In this document: one piece after another, positions 48,791 to 55,651 of the stretch
Layout: each line of letters begins with the position of its first letter
Numbering within the stretch: position 1 is the stretch's first letter
Origin: Candidatus Peregrinibacteria bacterium
GTDB lineage: Bacteria > Patescibacteriota > Gracilibacteria > UM-FILTER-43-11
NCBI GenBank assembly: GCA_016699515.1
Contig: CP064978.1
Span: 892,359-956,358, forward strand
Direction of reading: 5' to 3'
Length of the DNA: 64,000 bases
Program-made: the position numbers and the translations under genes
The notes under the pieces: generated by a model
The model's input: only the letters and a program-made list of their open reading frames with translations
Databases searched by the model: none
Told to the model about the DNA's origin: nothing

Positions 48791-49801
48791 TTATAGCGAT
48801 CCGGTGTTTTTGATACAAAAATAAGCCGCCCCCGCAATCATAGCAGCGTTGTCGGTGCAGTAGATTAGTTTTTGCGGCATGCAAAGCGGCAGGCGGTCGT
48901 TTAATTTTTCGGTGACCGCTTGGCGGAGCGACTGGTTGGCCGACACTCCCCCGGCCAAATGAACCTCTTTTACATCGAAGGCTTCGGCGGCGGCCACGAG
49001 TTTATCGGAAAGGACATCGATTACGGCTGCCTGAAAGCTGGCGGCAAGGTTGTTGATATCCGTTTCTGAAAGAAGGCGCGAATGATCCTGAGCTCGTCGA
49101 AGGGTCGCGCCTTCTTTGGTTAAATTCTCTACCTGGCGCAATACCGCGCTTTTAAGGCCGGAAAACGAAAAATTATAACGATTGTTTTTGTCTAAATGCA
49201 CGCGCGGAAAATTGAAGGCGGCAGGATTACCGGCGGCGGCACGTTTGCTGATGATGGGCCCGCCGGGGTATCCCAGCCCCAACATACGCGCAACTTTATC
49301 AAACGCTTCACCGGCGGCATCATCCAAAGTTTCGCCGATCGATTCAAATTCGTGATGTCCTTTTAACCGTACCAATTCGTTGTGTCCTCCGGAAACCGTG
49401 AGCACCAAAATAGGAAATTGAATTGGCTCGCTGCGCTCCAAAAAATTGGCATAAATATGCCCGGCAATATGGTGCGTGGGAATCAACGGCTTTTGATACA
49501 AATAACTGAGCGCCTGTGCGGTATTCACCCCCACCAAAAGCGAGGCGATCAGGCCCGGCGCGTGCGTAACGGCGATCGCGTCGATGTCACCCCATCCCAC
49601 TCCGGCTTTTTCCAAGGCTTCGTCGATCACCGGATTGATTTGTTTAAGATGCTCACGCGCTGCCACCTCGGGAACTACTCCCCCGGTTTTGGTGTGCAAA
49701 TCCATCGAACTGGCGATCACATTGCTGTGCACCTTGATTCCGTCTTCCACCACGGCGGCTGCCGTTTCGTCACAACTGGTTTCGATTCCGAGTATTTTCA
49801 T
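48791..49801 (-). CDS. tsaD: tRNA N6-adenosine threonylcarbamoyltransferase TsaD
   Basis: ILGIETSCDETAAAV, HIAGH, GGHNEL, GGVSAN. Confidence 0.9.
   Translation of the reverse strand: MKILGIETSCDETAAAVVEDGIKVHSNVIASSMDLHTKTGGVVPEVAAREHLKQINPVIDEALEKAGVGWGDIDAIAVTHAPGLIASLLVGVNTAQALSYLYQKPLIPTHHIAGHIYANFLERSEPIQFPILVLTVSGGHNELVRLKGHHEFESIGETLDDAAGEAFDKVARMLGLGYPGGPIISKRAAAGNPAAFNFPRVHLDKNNRYNFSFSGLKSAVLRQVENLTKEGATLRRAQDHSRLLSETDINNLAASFQAAVIDVLSDKLVAAAEAFDVKEVHLAGGVSANQSLRQAVTEKLNDRLPLCMPQKLIYCTDNAAMIAGAAYFCIKNTGSL
49068..49114. repeat. 47-nt palindromic element, copy inside tsaD
   Basis: GAAAGAAGGCGCGAATGATCCTGAGCTCGTCGAAGGGTCGCGCCTTC is translated on the minus strand as KEGATLRRAQDHSRL within TsaD. 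Confidence 0.85.
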
Positions 49802-49850
49802 AGCTTGAGCTTGGGTCTTATCTTTTTATTCAAGTGACATAATAATACCT

Positions 49851-49971
49851 AATTACGAATACACAAATTACAAACAAATTCAAATACTTAAATACCAAAT
49901 AATTTAAAACTTAAAATTTGAAATTGGTTATTTGGTATTGCTTGTGATTTGTGTATTGGGTATTCGTAATT
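49851..49971. repeat. 121-nt imperfect AT-rich hairpin (word ATTACGAAT), no ORF
   Basis: AATTACGAATACACAAATTACAAACAA...AAATACCAAATAA pairs with TTATTTGGTATT..GTGATTTGTGTATTGGGTATTCGTAATT, in the divergent tsaD-lgt intergenic region. Confidence 0.75.
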
Positions 49972-49977
49972 TAATAT

Positions 49978-50761
49978 ATGAATATGATCAACCCAATCGC
50001 ATTCCAACTTGGCCCCATTTCGGTTCATTGGTATGGCATTCTTTATGGCGTGGGGTTATTTGTGGGCCTGTGGATGCTGACGCAGTTGAACCAAAAACGA
50101 CCGGTTTTTAAAAACAATGATTCATGGTTTGATTTGCTATTTTGGGTATTTTTGCTGGGGGTGATTTTAGGAGGTCGATTGGGCTACGTGCTGTTTTACA
50201 ATCTGCCGTTCTATCTGGAGCCTCTCGCTAAAATTTTTGCCGTGTGGCAAGGCGGCATGTCTTTTCATGGCAGGCTTTTGGGCACTGCACTGGTGACCTA
50301 TTTATATGCCAAAAAGCGCCGCGTCCGTTTTGTGGATGTCGCCGATTTACTCGTTATTCCCAGGGGCGCTGGCCCAAAGCCTGGGCCGATTGGGGAATTT
50401 TATTAATGGTGAATTGATGGGGCGAGTGATTCAAAACGAATCGTGGCAATGGCTGGGGGTCGATTTTGGCGATGGTCTTCTGCGCTACCCTTCCCCCCTT
50501 TTTCAGTCGATCGCTTTATTGGTGAATTTTTTGATCCTGCTCTTTATTTTCAACCAAAAACCCAAACCAGGAACGCTGCTGGCCAGCTACCTGATGATGA
50601 ACGGGGGCTTTCGGCTAGTCACCGAACTCTTCCGCGAACCCGACACCCAGATTGGCTTTCTAATCGGCCATTTAACCTTGGGTCAGATCCTGAGCGTGGG
50701 AGTAATGGGGGTGGGGGTTTGCACGCTCGGCTTTTCTCTAAAATTCAATAAGAGTACTTGA
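49978..50761 (+). CDS. lgt: Prolipoprotein diacylglyceryl transferase (one frame break)
   Basis: VHWYGILY, GGRLGYV and GRLGNFINGEL motifs. The fragments join near 50355. Confidence 0.8.
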
Positions 50762-50799
50762 AACAAGTTTGATAAAAGACCTCACTTGCTCACTCCTCA

Positions 50800-52068
50800 T
50801 TATGAGCTACGTGCGTATTCCATGGCAGTTTCTTTTGCTTCACTTCTATTAATTGCTGGATAAATAGACTGAGGAAACAGTGCCTCATCTAGCCTATGGT
50901 CAAAAAATCTTGCCACCTCGTACTCTTTCCAAGATCCCCCTCGTAAATTCATGTAATTTATAAATTGACGCTGAGTAAATATTTGAAATTCGTAATTTAC
51001 ACCTCCTATTATGTAATTTACCTTTGTCAATTCTAGGGCTGCGGAACCCACATTCCCTTTCTGCCTTCCGTACACCTCACGAAATTCTAATCCTTCGGCT
51101 TTGGCCGCTCTTTGAAGTGCGCTTTGAAATTCATTAATATCCTCTTGAGATTGACAAATAACTTGCAGACCGTTTAAGTCTCTATCTAATAAAGACATAT
51201 CTTTTGTGTCTCTTCTTAACATTTTCAATACGCGAGAAATCGGACTCTTAGTTCTTTGTTCAACTACTATATTTGCTGCAGAGCCGTCTTCTCTAGTGAA
51301 TTGGCGCACTGCAATGGGCGTTAGCTTATGCCCATCTGGAATTTGATCTGGTGGACTAGGAAGACATTCCACTTCAATGCACCTCATTGAAACATCTTCA
51401 TGCTGTGATAATAGGTACATATCGCTGTGTTTACCCATATGCCCATTCCGAACGAAAAGGCGTTCATTCATTAAATCATTTAAACGATCTAATCCATCTT
51501 TTTTTTCTTCAATGTAGGTGTCTATTTTGGCAATTAAATCAATAAGAATCAATTTTCTTTTTGCCTCAAACCGAATGCGCTCATCGTATCGTCTGTCCAT
51601 TGATAATAAAAGGAGCTTAGCCGGATCGTTACAACTTTTTACCTCATTCATATGATCAATTTGCCATTCATCCTCACGAAACATTTTTTGAACTACATCC
51701 GAAATAAGGCTATTCACTATTTGGCCATAGCGAACAAGTATCGACTCTGGCAGCCGACCACAATGTCCAAACACTTTTTCAGTCATTCTATCCCTTATAA
51801 ATTTAGCTAACTCAATATTTGAGGATAACCTGTCTGCTTTTTTAAGATCTCGTAGCGTCACCCCACTTGGCAACAATTCCTCAATCTCCCTCCTTTTTTC
51901 AACAAACTGTTCATATCGACTTGGCCCGTCCACCCCCTTCCCCCTCCCTGTTCGTGCTAGTTTCAACAAAGCGGTGAGATCACTTTTTGCTGTGACTGCA
52001 AAAATGGTTCTTCCGGGCTTATCGCCAAGTTCTGGATAATTTTGCACATATCTCTCGGGCAAAGACAT
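50800..52068 (-). CDS. Orphan 422-aa protein with a possible divergent RelA/SpoT-type nucleotidyltransferase domain at the C-terminus
   Basis: Uninterrupted ORF. Weak motif resemblance: RTKSPISRVLKMLRR, DLNGLQVI, YEFQIFTQRQ. In two hand-counted 60-nt samples GC was 40-43%, against 52% in a tsaD sample. Confidence 0.4.
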   Translation of the reverse strand: MSLPERYVQNYPELGDKPGRTIFAVTAKSDLTALLKLARTGRGKGVDGPSRYEQFVEKRREIEELLPSGVTLRDLKKADRLSSNIELAKFIRDRMTEKVFGHCGRLPESILVRYGQIVNSLISDVVQKMFREDEWQIDHMNEVKSCNDPAKLLLLSMDRRYDERIRFEAKRKLILIDLIAKIDTYIEEKKDGLDRLNDLMNERLFVRNGHMGKHSDMYLLSQHEDVSMRCIEVECLPSPPDQIPDGHKLTPIAVRQFTREDGSAANIVVEQRTKSPISRVLKMLRRDTKDMSLLDRDLNGLQVICQSQEDINEFQSALQRAAKAEGLEFREVYGRQKGNVGSAALELTKVNYIIGGVNYEFQIFTQRQFINYMNLRGGSWKEYEVARFFDHRLDEALFPQSIYPAINRSEAKETAMEYARSS

Positions 52069-52315
52069 AGTGGTTTTATTATATTGTATTAAATAAAATA
52101 ATAACTATACTTGTCAATTTATTCCCCCTGGAACTAAAAAAACCTCCACTGGGGAGTGAGGTGTGTTTTGGGGCTTAAAGCTCAACGTGCAAAACTCACC
52201 TCACGCGGTGTGAAGTTGGACGAGTTTAGTGCAAATTGGGCAATACGAAATGTTCATAGGGCTATTGAGCAATTACTTCTCATTTTATCGAATTTTTAAT
52301 AAATGTCAATAGCTG

Positions 52316-52344
52316 TTGAAAATTTGGCTTAAATATGCTAAAAT
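52316..52344 (+). promoter_or_regulatory. Sigma70-like promoter candidate for the cyclase gene
   Basis: TTGAAA (52316..52321), a 17-nt spacer, then TAAAAT (52339..52344), about 25 nt before GTG 52370. Confidence 0.35.
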
Positions 52345-52369
52345 ATAAAGATATTTTTAAGGTTGGCTG

Positions 52370-54407
52370 GTGAACAAAAAATGGCTGAAATTCATTGGTT
52401 TGAACTTAATTCTGCTCCTTGCGGTTGCGCTCGCGGTGCATCGTGGAATTTTTTGGGCATTCAAACTGGGGTTCAAAATCGTTTTTATGACTTTGATCAG
52501 GCAAGTTCCAACATTGTGGTGATTGCGATCGATGAGCGCACATTGGCCGAAAATGGCTTGGGTCCTTTAAGCCAATGGCAGCGAAATTATTACCGGGTGG
52601 CGATTGAAACCCTGCTGAATGCGGGGGCGCAGGTGGTTGGTCTGGATGTAACCTTGCCCAATGCCTCGGTGAATGGCCCAGAAGACGAAGCGCGTTTGGC
52701 TGATCTTTTGAGCGTCATCACAACGTAGTGGCGGCCGCACGCATGTATACCGATGCTGACGGCGCTCAGGCGGAGCTTCCCAGCCAATCGTGGGCTGTGC
52801 CCACGGCTCAATCGGGATGGATTAATGTGAAGGTGGATGCGGATGGTTCTGTGCGTCAAATTCCTCTGTTTTACTTGTTTGAAAATGAGGTGATTGAGGC
52901 ATTTTCATAGAATTGCACAACATTTTTTGAACACTCATGTGAGTCATTATCCGGTTGATGGAGATTTTTTGACACTAGAACCGTCCGGGTCCGTTCCGGT
53001 GGTGCGACAAGTCGATGAATCTCGTGGGGCGCAGCGTTCGTTGATGAACATCAACTATTTTGCCGGCCCGGGGTCTTACACCACACTTTCGTTTTGGGAT
53101 GTGTATCAGGGTAAATTGGTCGATACTCACGGCCAACCGGTATCACTCAGCGGTAAAATCGCTTTGATCGGGCCCACGGCCATCGACCTGCAAGACACGT
53201 ATCTTTCCCCCGTGAGCGAGGGGGCCCAAATGGCGGGTGTTGAAATTCACGCCAATGCGGTTCAAACCCTCATCGAAGGTCGCTTTTTACGAAATCAATC
53301 TTCGACTTCTTTGTGGATCTTGCTGATTGCCACGCTGCTGATCAATGGACTTTTGTTTGGACTATTGCGGGCGCGTTACGCCACCCCACTTTTTTTGGTG
53401 GAACTGATTGCCTGGCTGATTGCGGGAATTGCCGCTTATGAAAGTGGATTGCTATTGAATGTGGTCTATCCGATTTTTGCATTGATACTAAGCTTTACCG
53501 GTACTTTTTTGGTGCGCTACGTGTTGGAGGCGAAGGATCGACGTTTTTTGGAGCGCGCCTTTGGGCATTACCTGAACCCCACCATGGTTGAGCAAATCAT
53601 TAAAAATCCTTCCCTTTTGAATTTGGGTGGTGAAAAACGCATGGTAACCGTGTTTTTTTCGGACGTTGAACACTTCACGTCGATTTCTGAGCGTATGCCT
53701 CCCGAAGCGCTGATGAGCTTTTTGAATGAGTACTTGGCCGCTATGTCCGATGTGATTTTGAAATACAATGGAACGCTGGATAAATACGAAGGCGATGCCA
53801 TTATGGCATTTTGGAACGCCCTGATTGAGCAAAAGGACCACGCTAAACTGGCTTGTTTGGCCGCACTGGAAAATCAAAAAATACTAAGTCAGCTTGGGGA
53901 AAAATGGGCGGCGAAAGGGTATCCGGCTTTGCATGTGCGCATTGGCCTTAATACCGGTGACGTGATTGTGGGCAATGTGGGGTCCAAAGATCATATTAAT
54001 TACACAGTGATGGGCGACGCGGTGAATTTAGGGTCTCGATTGGAAGGGGTGAATAAAGTGTATTCTACCCGCATCATGATTTCGGAAAGCACCTATGATC
54101 ACGTCAAACAAGACCTCGTTTGCCGCGAGGTTGACCGGATTCGCGTGAAGGGAAAACACGAGGCAGTGCGTATTTTTGAGTTGATTGGGGTGAAAGAGGA
54201 AGTTTCCAGCACTCAAATTGAGCTTATCAAGCGCTTTGAAGAAGGGCTGGAGCACTACCGCACGCGCAACTTTTTAGCCGCAATCGATCTGTTTCGCTCG
54301 CTGGAAAGGATCCGATTGCCCTTTTATTCATTGCGCGCTGCGAACAACTCGAAAACAATCCACCCGCTGCCGACTGGGACGGCGTATGGCAGCTGACCGA
54401 AAAGTAA
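52370..54407 (+). CDS. CHASE2-domain membrane sensor fused to a class III adenylate/guanylate cyclase (at least five frame breaks)
   Basis: IVVIAIDERTL..WQRNYY (CHASE2), TM block, VTVFFSDVEHFTSISE..YEGDAIMAFWNA..GLNTGDVIVGNVGS (cyclase). The breaks lie near 52455, 52715, around 52900 (two, in T runs) and near 54310. Confidence 0.8.
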
Positions 54408-54432
54408 GCCTTGTTTGGCTTTGCGACTACGA

Positions 54433-54996
54433 CTAGGCTTTTAGCAAATAGGCGGCAGCAAACACCACCGAAATCAGCATGGCGTTGATCATCATCATAA
54501 TGTAGTCGCGCGTGTAAGGAGGGTTTTTTGAGCCACTTTGAAAGATCCAGCGCGATACGTCGAAGAAGTAGGTGCCCAATACCAAAACGATCAAATAACT
54601 CATGAGCATTTGATTATAAAAAACCGAGGTGAATGATAATGGAACGGTGGCTTCGACCGGGCCGATTAAATACAGTGAGACCAAAATAATGGTGCCGACA
54701 TGTATGACTTGGTCCAACACGTACAACTCAAATTTGTTCCAATGGGGAACATACTTTTGAGCGCTGATTTTGAGTTGGTCGCTTAGGTTGTGCACCAAAA
54801 AAATCAATCCAATGCCCCACCACACCAGCGGCTGGTTGGAAAAAGGAAATACGAGCAATCCTGAAATCACCAAATGGGCAAAACTGTGGATCAGTACGCC
54901 TAAAAAATGCTTTTCTTTGTATTGCACTAACTGACGAGACTGAAGGGGGAAATCGGCTAGAAAATGAGAAAGAATTAGGTGGAGTGTGAGATACAT
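54433..54996 (-). CDS. DUF3307-like integral membrane protein
   Basis: LILSHFLADFPLQS N-terminal motif and about 6 TM helices. Confidence 0.5.
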   Translation of the reverse strand: MYLTLHLILSHFLADFPLQSRQLVQYKEKHFLGVLIHSFAHLVISGLLVFPFSNQPLVWWGIGLIFLVHNLSDQLKISAQKYVPHWNKFELYVLDQVIHVGTIILVSLYLIGPVEATVPLSFTSVFYNQMLMSYLIVLVLGTYFFDVSRWIFQSGSKNPPYTRDYIMMMINAMLISVVFAAAYLLKA

Positions 54997-55001
54997 TATT
55001 T

Positions 55002-55078
55002 TAATTACGAATGACGAATTACGAATGACGAATGACGAATTATGAATTACGAATTATGAATTACGAATGACGAATTAA
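55002..55078. repeat. Tandem degenerate heptamers GAATTAC/GAATGAC (word ATTACGAAT), single arm
   Basis: TTAATTACGAATGACGAATTACGAATGACGAATGACGAATTATGAATTACGAATTATGAATTACGAATGACGAATTAATA. It contains the stop codon of the cNMP-binding gene. Confidence 0.75.
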
Positions 55079-55467
55079 TAGAGTTCATTGGCTCTTTTCA
55101 CCACTTCGTAACTCACTCGGGTTGCGATCGACTCGTTCGTTTGCAATAAGTGATTGAAGTCCTCTTTGCTCAACGTCAACACTTCAACATCGGTAAGGGT
55201 TTTTAGGGTTGCATTGCGTGGCTCGTTAGACACCAGTGCCATTTCTCCAAAAAATGCATGATCGCCCAAGGTGCTCAAAATGGCATTGTCACGGATGACC
55301 TGAACTTTGCCGCGCTTGATGATGTACATGGTGTCGCCCAGCTGTCCCTCTTCAAAAATAATATGGTCTGCGGGAAAATAATTCATTTGCACCGTGCGGG
55401 CAATTTGATTGAGATCTTCGTCGCTCAATGATGCGAAAAAGGGAATGTTTTTTAGAATTTGTAGCAT
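55075..55467 (-). CDS. Single-domain cyclic-nucleotide-binding protein
   Basis: FFGEMALVSNEPRNATL, the canonical cNMP-binding phosphate-binding cassette pattern. 130 aa. Confidence 0.8.
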   Translation of the reverse strand: MLQILKNIPFFASLSDEDLNQIARTVQMNYFPADHIIFEEGQLGDTMYIIKRGKVQVIRDNAILSTLGDHAFFGEMALVSNEPRNATLKTLTDVEVLTLSKEDFNHLLQTNESIATRVSYEVVKRANELY

Positions 55468-55476
55468 TTTATTTTT

Positions 55477-55559
55477 AGGAGTAAGGATTAAGTGGTAAGG
55501 AATAAGCTCGGGAGGTTGGGATGAGTTTTTTTCATCCTTCCCAATCCCTTATTCCTAAG
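55477..55559. repeat. Low-complexity hairpin (word AGGAGTAAGGA)
   Basis: AGGAGTAAGGATTAAGTGGTAAGGAATAAG ... CTTATTCCTAAG with an inner GGATGA/TCATCC stem. The related word CTAAGGAGTGAAGGAGTAAGT occurs at 39170..39190. Confidence 0.6.
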
Positions 55560-55651
55560 AAGATTTTATCACCCTCCCCCCACTTACACCATTGCTTTTT
55601 TAAAAAAGATATGCTACGGTCGAAGCTCGTGGTCATTTTAATTTTCATCCC

